From a virus, in IMG/VR virus record IMGVR_UViG_3300037247_000655, positions 64,001-128,000 of that record: DNA of 64,000 nucleotides, one strand, 5' to 3'. A program made the position numbers and the translations under genes. Shown here one piece after another: positions 55,425-64,000 of the stretch. Numbering within the stretch: position 1 is the first letter of the stretch; each line of letters opens with the position of its first letter. The notes under the pieces were generated by a model. It searched no databases. It was given only the letters and a program-made list of their open reading frames with translations, and had not been told where the DNA came from.

Positions 55425-56377
55425 TAGAACGGAGTCTCCGAATCATCTATTTCTGTTTGCGCACCCTTGCACATGTCGCGGAAGAAGCACCGATCGCAGG
55501 ATTTTTCGTTGTCCGTCCTTTTGAAGTACGATGGATTATCTTTGTTATCAAATGCCTTTTTCAACATTGGAGTTTCACTTTGTATGATACCAGCCTGCCT
55601 TTTAATGTGTTGCATGGTTACATCGAGGTGAGGTGTTGCCTGCTCGCCAAGCTCTGCAAATGCTGCCAAATAAACTGGTATGATTACAATGTCTTCTGGT
55701 TGGTCTGCCCATCCTTGTTTTAATGCGTACATACTATAACTTACCAATTGGTCTATCACGCTATCACTGACCATACCGGTCTTCCAATCCAATAAGTACA
55801 CTTTACCTTTGTATCTAAAACCACAATCTATTTTAACAGTTACCTCTTCGCCTGTACTTAATTGGAATTTTTGGAAGTCTTCTAGAGTCAGCCAATCTTC
55901 TTTCGGGAGATTTTGTAGTATACTAAACAATGGCATGTCATAAAATGCCTTGAGGGAGCTTAGGACCTTCTGTTTATATGATGCCAATTTATCTGGTGCT
56001 ATTTCTTCTTGATAGAAATGTTCTGCAAGATTGGTATTTTTCTTAGGACTTCCCTGCCATCTCTTTCCTACCGATTGCTTCCAACCTTTTCGAAGTGCCT
56101 GGACACCATCATGTTGTGCTTGTTGAAGTGTCTTCCATTCTCCTGTTGTGCGACCAGTAGTGATGATTTCTTCTATAATATCGTGGACGAGAGAACCCAC
56201 GAACATAGGAAAATTGGTCATATTCTTAAGCATATATGCGCGAGACTTTTCCTGTGGAGCACTGGTTAACCAACCTTCCCAGGCTACGTGATAGATTAAA
56301 TGATATCTCCACGCGCACTCTCTTAGAGTTTTTATACGACTATTTGACCAAGCATACGTCTGTTCTATATTACCCAT
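55424..56377 (-). CDS. PD-(D/E)xK nuclease (Cas4-like)
   Basis: WSNSRI..C; GSLVH; KID..LLDWKTG..QLVSY..CDRCFFRDMC. Confidence 0.85.
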   Translation of the reverse strand: MGNIEQTYAWSNSRIKTLRECAWRYHLIYHVAWEGWLTSAPQEKSRAYMLKNMTNFPMFVGSLVHDIIEEIITTGRTTGEWKTLQQAQHDGVQALRKGWKQSVGKRWQGSPKKNTNLAEHFYQEEIAPDKLASYKQKVLSSLKAFYDMPLFSILQNLPKEDWLTLEDFQKFQLSTGEEVTVKIDCGFRYKGKVYLLDWKTGMVSDSVIDQLVSYSMYALKQGWADQPEDIVIIPVYLAAFAELGEQATPHLDVTMQHIKRQAGIIQSETPMLKKAFDNKDNPSYFKRTDNEKSCDRCFFRDMCKGAQTEIDDSETPF

Positions 56378-56531
56378 TGGTTTTCCTTTTTAGTTTGAGA
56401 CATTTTTTGCATGATACATGTGCCCATCTAGTACGTGAAAATATGTGTGCATTTTTACTATTGAGTTTCGCACAACACAAAGTTGGGTTGTCGTAATGTT
56501 TCTTTGGTGTTATAGCTTTATGTATCTTCAT
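56370..56531 (-). CDS. Small Zn-finger protein (53 aa, below ORF-track cutoff)
   Basis: MKIHKAITPKKHYDNPTLCCAK...WAHVSCKKCLKLKRKTNG; fills gap exactly between neighbours. Confidence 0.65.
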   Translation of the reverse strand: MKIHKAITPKKHYDNPTLCCAKLNSKNAHIFSRTRWAHVSCKKCLKLKRKTNG

Positions 56532-56533
56532 TA

Positions 56534-56776
56534 TTACTTACAATTCTTACAGGTAATCGTCCTGTACTGTGTCCTATTCTCACCACACGAAGCCTGTGCA
56601 TTGGTAGCCTCTCTATCAACTTCACTAACCTTCCTTGTTCCACAACATTTACGACATGTTGCATAACGAGCATTGGTGCTGCATCGTTCACACAAATCAT
56701 AGGTTCCGAACGACACACCCTTGGTATCTTTTATAACTAGAGAACAAAGATCACACTTACGAATTTTCACTTCCAT
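56534..56776 (-). CDS. Small Cys-rich (Zn finger) protein
   Basis: CDLC, CERC, CRKC, CKNC; RBS AAGGAG. Confidence 0.6.
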   Translation of the reverse strand: MEVKIRKCDLCSLVIKDTKGVSFGTYDLCERCSTNARYATCRKCCGTRKVSEVDREATNAQASCGENRTQYRTITCKNCK

Positions 56777-56800
56777 CTCCTTTAGTCTATACTACCACTA

Positions 56801-57298
56801 TTAAGAATATGCCCACGACCTTTTTCCTTTTATATCAGAAATTGTCATCCGAGTAACACCAAATATATCTGCTATTTGTCTTTGTAAAAGATTGCCCTGT
56901 AATAATAATCGTCTTATTTCCGAGACCTGCTCTAGAGTCAGTTTCGATCTTCCATTCCTTTGGCCCCTGTTGGTTCTGCGATGACGTATTTTATCTTCTT
57001 CGTTTTCTTTCCTTGTACCCCAAGACAAATTAGATCGACAATTGTTCTGTTTATTTCCATCAAAGTGTCTTACTTCATGTTTTATGGTTGGAGGATCACC
57101 AATAAACGCATAAGCTACCAAACGATGTACTCGGTGGTATCTCCTATCGCAATTCACTCTTAAATCTACCATATTATAACCATTAGAAATACGTGGTTTC
57201 AGTATCTTTTTGGTTTGTTTTCGTCTAACATATCCTATATCAGATACTTCATAATACCCTTCATATCCAACAACTGGTTTCCAGTATTCTTTAATCAC
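56801..57298 (-). CDS. NUMOD4-HNH homing endonuclease with C-terminal HTH
   Basis: WKPVVGYEGYYEVSD; VHRLVA.AF; VRHFDGNKQNN..NLSWGT; QRQIADIFGV. Confidence 0.9.
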   Translation of the reverse strand: MIKEYWKPVVGYEGYYEVSDIGYVRRKQTKKILKPRISNGYNMVDLRVNCDRRYHRVHRLVAYAFIGDPPTIKHEVRHFDGNKQNNCRSNLSWGTRKENEEDKIRHRRTNRGQRNGRSKLTLEQVSEIRRLLLQGNLLQRQIADIFGVTRMTISDIKGKRSWAYS

Positions 57299-58481
57299 CT
57301 TGAAGTCTTTCTGTGATACCATCTCTCTTAAGATAATATCCACGGTCAAAGAACGGAAAGAACTCAGGGGAAAATTTCGTTATGCTACCCTTAATGTCCT
57401 GCTGTAAAGTTACAATACAAAATCCTACATGAGCTGCAAGCTTTCGTTTACGCATGAATAAAGTTTGGTCTTGCATTGTCCCTGCTTGTAAACAATGAAT
57501 GTTTCTAACGTAACAATATTCCATTTTATGATAATGTCCTATTATGCATACTGCTGGTTTTTCCCCTCCTGTAAAACTTTCTGCCAATTTTTGAGAAGAG
57601 TATGAAAGAGCATATGAACTACCCCCGCCAGCATGAATAACTTTTATAATAGCTGATCCATGTGGCGCCTTTAATTCAAAATCCGACTCCATATATCCCA
57701 GATAGACTAGATCTTCTCGGCCTTGAGCCCTTGCTTCTAACATCAAATAACGACCAAACTCGATTCCTTCTCGTTGGTGCCACCACCCACAATGGTCATC
57801 TCCATCTACGTAATATGTTTTAATTCCTGGTTTTGAAGGCCAGTGATCTATCGCGTATTGACATTGATCTGCGATACCGTGAGCTAGTAATTCGTGAGTA
57901 TTGAATCTACATTCTCCATCTACATAATTTCCTGGGCATAGAACTGTTGTTATCCCCCTTCTTTCGAATTCGTCATAAGCAGCATTAAGTACATCTAGTC
58001 GTTCAGCCTTACTGCATAGATGCATATCTGCAATGACACCGAATGATATTGGTTTTCCGTAGTTATGATTTGCCATTATAATCTTTGGACAAGATTGTTC
58101 CACCGATTTACCAAGTTGAATTGTGCTGCCACGTCGCATTATAATGTAACCGCGCTCTTCCATATCATTAATTACAGCAAGCACATCCTCCTCTGTTGAA
58201 TGCATCTTCTCAGCAACCTTGGCGGGTGTAATCGCTTTCTTTATGCGTCTAGCAACTTCTGATCTAAACAAAGGATCACTTGGATCAATTCCCACAATAG
58301 GTACACCTGATAATATTGTTTCTGCCTGGGTGATAAGCTTCCGAGCCTTCCATACGGAAACACCTAAAGTACTCGCCACTTCTTCCCTTAATGTACCAGT
58401 ACTCCCAGCCTTATTGTGAGATCTAATAAGTTGAATAACTTCCTGCACCTCTGCGCTCAATTGCGGCTTTTCTTTAGCCAT
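57291..58481 (-). CDS. HTH-fused calcineurin-like metallophosphoesterase
   Basis: ADMHL, PGNYVDG, DGDDH, IHAGGG, GHYH motifs; N-terminal HTH-like region. Confidence 0.82.
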   Translation of the reverse strand: MAKEKPQLSAEVQEVIQLIRSHNKAGSTGTLREEVASTLGVSVWKARKLITQAETILSGVPIVGIDPSDPLFRSEVARRIKKAITPAKVAEKMHSTEEDVLAVINDMEERGYIIMRRGSTIQLGKSVEQSCPKIIMANHNYGKPISFGVIADMHLCSKAERLDVLNAAYDEFERRGITTVLCPGNYVDGECRFNTHELLAHGIADQCQYAIDHWPSKPGIKTYYVDGDDHCGWWHQREGIEFGRYLMLEARAQGREDLVYLGYMESDFELKAPHGSAIIKVIHAGGGSSYALSYSSQKLAESFTGGEKPAVCIIGHYHKMEYCYVRNIHCLQAGTMQDQTLFMRKRKLAAHVGFCIVTLQQDIKGSITKFSPEFFPFFDRGYYLKRDGITERLQGD

Positions 58482-58483
58482 AT

Positions 58484-61408
58484 CTAACTTCCACCTTTCG
58501 TTGTATCACATTTACCGCTTGGACAATCATTAACCGCAGCTTCTTCCGCCATGTCATCCAAGTGTTTTTTAGCCTCAGATATAGGCATAGGAACCAGAGG
58601 ACTCTCTCCCTTACTTCCATCCCTATACACGGTTATTCCCTTGAGTTTTACTATATGTTTTCTCAAATCCTTTGACAACTGTTCTACTGGATAATCTGCT
58701 GGTAAATTTATTGTTTTAGAGATAGAGTTGTCTATATGTTTCTGGCAAGCTACCTGCATTACAAGATGCGCTTCTGGTGAGATATCATGAGCACCCTGAA
58801 AATGTTTAGTAGACCTATGCGTTCGTATGAATTTTTTCAACAATGGATGAACAACAACTTCAGTAACACCATCCCTTTTACTGTCATCATGCATATTTTT
58901 ATGTATGTTAAAGCGTCTCTCATATACCGGTTGAAACAATGGTTCAATACCGGATGAACAACCAGCAACGATGGATGTTGTCCCAGTCGGCGCAATACAG
59001 AGTAAAGCACAGTTTCTGATACCATGTTCTTTAATTAATCTCCGATGATTGCGAGTTAAATGTTTCCTAGCAAAACCAGTTTTGATATGCTGTTCTGCAT
59101 CAAAAGAATGGAATGGTCCCTTTTCTATTGCAATTCTTATGCTAGCGTGATAAGCCTGTTTTTTTATGCAGTTCATCACCTTATCAATCAGATCCCTAGA
59201 TTCTTGACTAGAATATTTTATACCTAGTTCAAGCAACATGTCATGAAGTCCCATCACTCCCAAGCCAATTCGACGATGTTTTTGAGATGTTTCTTCTATC
59301 AGAGGCAGTGGATAATTATTTTGATCTAACACGTTGTCTAGGAAACGAACACTTAGAGAAACTGTTTCTTCTAACATATCTAGGTCAATCTCATTATCAA
59401 CGACATGAGTGTGTAAATTTATAGCTCCTAAACAGCAGCATCCATATTCTTCCAAAGTGACCTCACCGCAATTTCCAACAACCAGTCCATTAACTATTAA
59501 GGAATGTGTATCAGGTTCATTAAGACAGTAAACATCTTCTACTCCATCCTTAACTATAGATTTGATTTTAGTGATAAATCTTTCTGGCTTACGACATTTC
59601 CTTCCCCTTTGATCCAATAATTCAGTAAGTTGTTTTTGTTTATTTCCAGCGAAAGCAATAAGTTTCTCAAAAGTAATAGAATTAGGCCTATTTATAATCA
59701 ATTCGTATTGTGTTTTGCACAGATAGGGTTTGTGCCCACCATGACCATCGGGCAAATTGCGGTATTGTTCATCTCTTCTCTTATGGATACTGGATATTAT
59801 TCCAAAATTGTTGAGAAGAATTTGTACATCCTGTAATAACGGAAGATTACTTTGGGAAAGTCTAACAGAAAGGGAACCTTTGGTTCCACGATCTTTGAGT
59901 TGAACAGAACCATCTGCTTGAAACAATCCAGCCAGATAACCCTTTACTAATTCTCGTGACCCTCTCCAAACTAATTCTGGAACACGATTTTTGAATGTTC
60001 TGATGTTCTCATCAAATTCTTCAGAAAAGTATCTAGATAATCTTATCGACGCAATACGTTTTTTATCCGGTTCCAAACAACTCCTAACAGTTACGAATCC
60101 ATATTCCTTTTTAGTCTTAGTAAATTTTTTATTATTTATTTTTCCATTAACTATACACAGCGTTTGGTCGCATAATTCATCTTCACTCCAGTAATCTAAA
60201 CACATTATAACATCTTTGTCGGATCTAATTGTTGTCCCATCTCCAGTAAATGATCCGATTATCAATCCATCTCCATAATCACCGATATCTCCCCAGATAC
60301 CTTCTCCAGATTGTAAATTAAGTTCATGGCCTTCAGATAATACTTTTAATGGCCTACGGCCTAGTTGTGTTATAAATTCATGATATTCAGTACATCTTAT
60401 CGTATGTCCATGTGATGTGGTTACTTTATAAATTTGCTGCTGTTTCCCCGTCATTTTCACAGGACTTGCTTGTCGAACTTTAATACCGCGTAAAATAGAA
60501 TTTACACATCTATTATCTGTAGATACGTGATTATTCCCGCCAGATTCAAATAACTCACCAAAAGATATAATCCCACGATCTGTATGAAGTCGCATTTCCT
60601 TTGTAAAACAAGGATTAGTTGAGGAGAACTCTCCACCACTGGCATAAGCTAATGTATTTTGTTCATCTATAAAACCCTTATTCAGAAAACCAGGATCTCC
60701 ACCCTTCCACGCATTTTGTATAATCTTATCCCAGACTTCCTTAGCAGGAATCCTACCACGTTCTTCCCCTTGCCACTTAAAGACTATCTCTCCTTGGTCG
60801 TCAAGCAACTTAAAAAACTCATTATCAACCAATACGGAAATATTAGCATTAGTTAATTCTTTGTTATCAAGTTTCGCTTCCAAAAATTCAAGCAGGTCTG
60901 GGTGGTCATAATTCAAACAGAATAAAAGAGCGGATCTGCGCCCCCCACCTTCTCGCAACTCATTACAGACACCATTGACGGCCCTCATCAGACTGACAGA
61001 ACCAGTAGCTTCTCCACCAGTCCCTCTAATCTTCGTGCCTCTAGGTCTAATTTTGGAAAAGTTAATGCCGACTCCACCACCCGTTCCGGAAATGATTGTT
61101 ACATTACGGAGGACATCTCCCCACCCTTCTCGACTGTCCTCTGCGGGAATACAGAAACAGTTTAAAAGCTGACCACGAGGACGCCCTGCTCCTCTCCATA
61201 TCCTACCACCCGGAGAAAAACGATTGGTTTGCAATATCTCAATGAATCTAGCGAAGTACTCATCCCTCTTTGTTCCAAGTTCTGCATCAGCTATATTCCT
61301 GGAGACCCTTTCACAAGCCTGAGAGAATGTCTCCTCTTCATGAATAGCATATCTATCCTTAAAGATCTGTAAAGCGAACCCCTGTGGTTCATACATCTCT
61401 GTGCTCAC
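58484..61408 (-). CDS. nrdJ: Class II (B12-dependent) ribonucleotide reductase, intein-containing
   Basis: FSPGGRI, LLNCF, GGGVG, GGRRSA, TNP|C-intein|CGE, CCLGAINL, RRIGLGVMG, IAPTGT, ISKTIN, KGITVYRDGS, C-terminal CPSGKC. Confidence 0.93.
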   Translation of the reverse strand: MSTEMYEPQGFALQIFKDRYAIHEEETFSQACERVSRNIADAELGTKRDEYFARFIEILQTNRFSPGGRIWRGAGRPRGQLLNCFCIPAEDSREGWGDVLRNVTIISGTGGGVGINFSKIRPRGTKIRGTGGEATGSVSLMRAVNGVCNELREGGGRRSALLFCLNYDHPDLLEFLEAKLDNKELTNANISVLVDNEFFKLLDDQGEIVFKWQGEERGRIPAKEVWDKIIQNAWKGGDPGFLNKGFIDEQNTLAYASGGEFSSTNPCFTKEMRLHTDRGIISFGELFESGGNNHVSTDNRCVNSILRGIKVRQASPVKMTGKQQQIYKVTTSHGHTIRCTEYHEFITQLGRRPLKVLSEGHELNLQSGEGIWGDIGDYGDGLIIGSFTGDGTTIRSDKDVIMCLDYWSEDELCDQTLCIVNGKINNKKFTKTKKEYGFVTVRSCLEPDKKRIASIRLSRYFSEEFDENIRTFKNRVPELVWRGSRELVKGYLAGLFQADGSVQLKDRGTKGSLSVRLSQSNLPLLQDVQILLNNFGIISSIHKRRDEQYRNLPDGHGGHKPYLCKTQYELIINRPNSITFEKLIAFAGNKQKQLTELLDQRGRKCRKPERFITKIKSIVKDGVEDVYCLNEPDTHSLIVNGLVVGNCGEVTLEEYGCCCLGAINLHTHVVDNEIDLDMLEETVSLSVRFLDNVLDQNNYPLPLIEETSQKHRRIGLGVMGLHDMLLELGIKYSSQESRDLIDKVMNCIKKQAYHASIRIAIEKGPFHSFDAEQHIKTGFARKHLTRNHRRLIKEHGIRNCALLCIAPTGTTSIVAGCSSGIEPLFQPVYERRFNIHKNMHDDSKRDGVTEVVVHPLLKKFIRTHRSTKHFQGAHDISPEAHLVMQVACQKHIDNSISKTINLPADYPVEQLSKDLRKHIVKLKGITVYRDGSKGESPLVPMPISEAKKHLDDMAEEAAVNDCPSGKCDTTKGGS
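59471..60610 (-). mobile_element. Intein with LAGLIDADG endonuclease in nrdJ (380 aa)
   Basis: Begins CFTKEMRLHT, block B CTEYHEF, IIGSFTGDG and YLAGLFQADG, ends DVYCLNEPDTHSLIVNGLVVGN; +1 Cys of NPCGE. Confidence 0.93.
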
Positions 61409-62052
61409 TAAGCATCTCCTCCATTTATTCGTAAGGTTCTGTCACTATCAGAACCAATAATTGCCTGTTGACTACTACTAGGTTGCTTCTTTAAATACGA
61501 CGTCACAGCGGACCTAAACGGATCTATTGTCCTGCTATAATATTCTCCATAACGAGAGTAAGCCATGGAGTCTGCGATGCGCAACTTGAACCAATTCTGA
61601 ATATTATCCCGTCCAACATCAGCGATGAATTTCCTAATGGTTTTTTCCTTGGTGGCCCCAGTTATGTCATACATATGTGTAGACACTAGCCTGACGACAC
61701 GATCTGTCACATACGAAGAGGCACCCCATTCCCCCAACCTCCTGACCGCTATCTTAGCCGACTCTATATCGTGATTCGGAAATCTAGACTGTGGATTAGT
61801 GGTCGGTTTTATACAACTTTTCCCTAGGTCGTGAAATAGGCCAGACAGCAAAGCTATCGAGGTGGCGTCCGACAGACTATCTATGACCAACATTGTATGT
61901 TCCCACACGGATTGGCCGTTGCTGTGCTTAATATCCTTAGCTACTTCTAGCTCTGGGAAATCAGATGGCGCATGATTAGACATCCAATAATCACTGGGAT
62001 TACCAAATCTCATTCCTATCACCACTTGTTGTATCAAAGGTCTCTTGTCCAT
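61408..62052 (-). CDS. Stand-alone HD-domain phosphohydrolase resembling the HD region of CCA-adding enzymes
   Basis: FPEL..H...VWEHTMLV..LFHDLGK..FPNHD..HM..LRIAD. Confidence 0.78.
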   Translation of the reverse strand: MDKRPLIQQVVIGMRFGNPSDYWMSNHAPSDFPELEVAKDIKHSNGQSVWEHTMLVIDSLSDATSIALLSGLFHDLGKSCIKPTTNPQSRFPNHDIESAKIAVRRLGEWGASSYVTDRVVRLVSTHMYDITGATKEKTIRKFIADVGRDNIQNWFKLRIADSMAYSRYGEYYSRTIDPFRSAVTSYLKKQPSSSQQAIIGSDSDRTLRINGGDA

Positions 62053-62847
62053 TTAGTTTGAAGTATAGCTACTTTCTATGATGTCTATAGCCATCAACAA
62101 AGAGATGGCCTTTGCCATGTGGGGAATTATCTGGCCACGCTTGGTTGTCGACATCATATATGGAACACCTATCAGATAATAATGGCCATCGTATTCCTTG
62201 AACAATCCGCCTCCGCTTGAACCGTTGACTATTGATGCGGTATTAGCGTAAACAACCCATTCTATTTCGCCGCAAGCACCATTTGCAATCCCAGAAATTA
62301 TTCCTTCTGTGGGTAGGGGCCTCATACCCAACTTACAACCAACAGAGACTACCTCGTCAAATATTGTTATTTGGTCTAATTGAGCCATGTCCGCCATCTT
62401 GGCTACTGGTAGCATTTCTTTGGAAGTGAAAGACAAAACTGATAAATCTCGGTGCGCATCTTCCTCCACAACGCGTGCCACGTGGTCGGACCACTCGTCA
62501 CTTAGGATACTAAAAGTTAAAACGCCACATCCAGTATCCACAGCCTTCGTCGTTGTCCTTCCTGTCAAAAAGTCCACGCTGTCCACCTGGGTAATCCATC
62601 TTGGGCGTATGACGTGTTCGTTTGTAAGCACCCTGTATTCGAATACTCCATCGTCATTTCGACGCAACCGATCTATGACTGTTCCAGAACCTGTTCCATA
62701 CTGGGTGTAGACGAGGACTATCGGGCCTATTGTTTCCTCCCGTTTGATCTCTTTTGTGTCTGGCGACAGTAGTAGTTCTGTATTAATTGCGTCTATTGGT
62801 GAACACAAGATCAAGTATAACACTAATGTTTTTAACAACAAAATCAT
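62053..62847 (-). CDS. Trypsin-like serine protease with signal peptide
   Basis: GSGTVI; LTNEHV; RDLSVL; NGSSGGGLF. Confidence 0.88.
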   Translation of the reverse strand: MILLLKTLVLYLILCSPIDAINTELLLSPDTKEIKREETIGPIVLVYTQYGTGSGTVIDRLRRNDDGVFEYRVLTNEHVIRPRWITQVDSVDFLTGRTTTKAVDTGCGVLTFSILSDEWSDHVARVVEEDAHRDLSVLSFTSKEMLPVAKMADMAQLDQITIFDEVVSVGCKLGMRPLPTEGIISGIANGACGEIEWVVYANTASIVNGSSGGGLFKEYDGHYYLIGVPYMMSTTKRGQIIPHMAKAISLLMAIDIIESSYTSN

Positions 62848-62912
62848 ATTTTGTTTTCCAGAAAGAAATATTGCACGGCTCTATGCAGAGTAATACAAAC
62901 TTAACCAATCAC

Positions 62913-63356
62913 CTACCCTGCGAATTCTTGAACCCCATCGAGTGCCCCGTCGATTCCCGACGAAACAATAGCTATTATCAACTCTTGATCTTCTGTCATA
63001 TTAAAATCCAATGCCCCGAGATATCTATCTAATAGATCTATTATAGTCAAACCATATACCTGATATTTCTGAGGCAATTCTGTTGCTACCAGCTGGCGGG
63101 CACCTGTAAAATTCGGTTGACCAGGTACAGATAATAAGTCTTTCATCGCTACTAGGTACCCTTTGATTAAGTTTACGTCTTCTGACGGCATATCAGCTTC
63201 TTTCAAAGCGAGGCGTGTCGCCATCTTGGAGAACATAAAAACATCAGCTTTCAAATTAGGAACATTATCCTGCCAATCACCCCCACCAGTGCTACATCCG
63301 ACAACCGGTCCACACATGACCACCAACAACAACGAAATTATCGACCACTTCTTCAT
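62913..63356 (-). CDS. Putative lipoprotein
   Basis: MKKWSIISLLLVVMCGPVVGC lipobox-like signal. Confidence 0.65.
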   Translation of the reverse strand: MKKWSIISLLLVVMCGPVVGCSTGGGDWQDNVPNLKADVFMFSKMATRLALKEADMPSEDVNLIKGYLVAMKDLLSVPGQPNFTGARQLVATELPQKYQVYGLTIIDLLDRYLGALDFNMTEDQELIIAIVSSGIDGALDGVQEFAG

Positions 63357-63398
63357 TTTTTCACCCTTTTCCTGATAAAACCCAAAAACCACAGTTAG

Positions 63399-63406
63399 TT
63401 ATACAC
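63399..63406 (-). promoter_or_regulatory. GTGTATAA putative phage promoter motif
   Basis: TTATACAC on + strand in gap upstream of lipoprotein gene. Confidence 0.55.
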
Positions 63407-63419
63407 ACATAACTAGCTA

Positions 63420-63743
63420 TTACTGACATTCTCTTTCTATTTTTTCTCTTCGTTTTTGTTTGCTTTGTTGATTTGCGTCTATATCCTTCTGGCGACCATA
63501 TCTCCATGTACGCTTAGACCTTTTTTTACCACCCGACTTGTCTGGAGGACTCTCTACGTGATACAATTCTCCACACATAACTTGTCCGGTCGTCTTACTT
63601 GTATGTTTTTCTCTACACTTATCTTTACACCTGAGCCTATCTCCCCCTCCACATGCGCACAAATCCAGCCCAGACAATCTCCTGAGTCTCTGTGTCTTTT
63701 TTTCTTCTCTCTTTTTTTTGTTATGACCCTTTTCGTTTTCCAT
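63420..63743 (-). CDS. Basic Cys-containing hypothetical protein
   Basis: 107 aa Lys/Arg-rich, CAC..CKDKC..CG. Confidence 0.55.
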   Translation of the reverse strand: MENEKGHNKKKREEKKTQRLRRLSGLDLCACGGGDRLRCKDKCREKHTSKTTGQVMCGELYHVESPPDKSGGKKRSKRTWRYGRQKDIDANQQSKQKRREKIERECQ

Positions 63744-63746
63744 TAC

Positions 63747-64000
63747 TTATCCCACCTTTATTGTAAATTTATGTTTCATTTTATTAATAGCCCTTGTTTT
63801 AATACGATAAACTGTAGACGGCACAATGCCATGAGAAGAAGCGACCTCTCTGGTAGTCTTGTGCTCAAAAAATAACTCTGCAATAATGCTTGTCTCTTCT
63901 TCATTTAGACACGCCAAACATTCCTGTATGGTCATCCCAGAATCTAAATCCCCACAAAGTCCAGCAAAATTAGACATACGTTCATGAGATATGCTCTGTG
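63747..64000 (-). CDS. Sigma-70 region 4 HTH protein (5' truncated by window edge)
   Basis: CLNEEE..II...FFEHKTTREVA...STVYRIKTRAINKMK; frame open to 64000. Confidence 0.75.
   Translation of the reverse strand, partial: QSISHERMSNFAGLCGDLDSGMTIQECLACLNEEETSIIAELFFEHKTTREVASSHGIVPSTVYRIKTRAINKMKHKFTIKVG

Noticed and set aside
44602-56377. CRISPR-Cas system suggested by two Cas4-like nucleases
   Set aside because: No repeat-spacer array or other cas genes seen; stand-alone PD-(D/E)xK nucleases are common in phage replication modules.
1-64000. Stop-codon reassignment (alternative genetic code)
   Set aside because: Genes tile densely in the standard code and end in TAA, TAG and TGA. The TAG-anticodon tRNA reads CUA (Leu), not amber.

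Overview
This window is part of a large, uncultured-type tailed dsDNA phage genome in the standard genetic code. The + strand arm (1-20074) holds a tRNA array: Leu-TAG, Arg-TCT, Lys-TTT, Gly-TCC, Phe-GAA, Gln-TTG and one aberrant 96-nt tRNA-like RNA. The array is interrupted by an HNH gene and a T4 Rnl1-like RNA ligase, and is followed by a tail/virion module (tape measure, LamG-like protein, two paralogous small structural proteins) with a recurring GTGTATAA promoter-like motif. The - strand arm (20071-64000) holds replication, recombination and nucleotide metabolism genes: intein-containing NrdJ, RNase H, RecA, dCMP deaminase, DnaB, DnaG, DUF5664 diphosphohydrolase, PD-(D/E)xK nucleases, SSB and two sigma-like genes. 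It also carries two large glycan-modification clusters. Most notable: (1) DnaE is split, without an intein, into two genes about 10 kb apart, enclosing a heptose-kinase/GT9/sulfotransferase/methyltransferase/radical-SAM island. (2) A LAGLIDADG intein lies inside a GT4 glycosyltransferase. (3) A plant-Whirly-like ssDNA-binding protein is coupled to a Rad52-like annealing protein. (4) A selC/allo-tRNA-like RNA and a class-I (short variable arm) tRNA-Leu. (5) An ATT-initiated gene and an 8-codon uORF ahead of ssb. All product calls come from motif recognition by eye; no searches were run.
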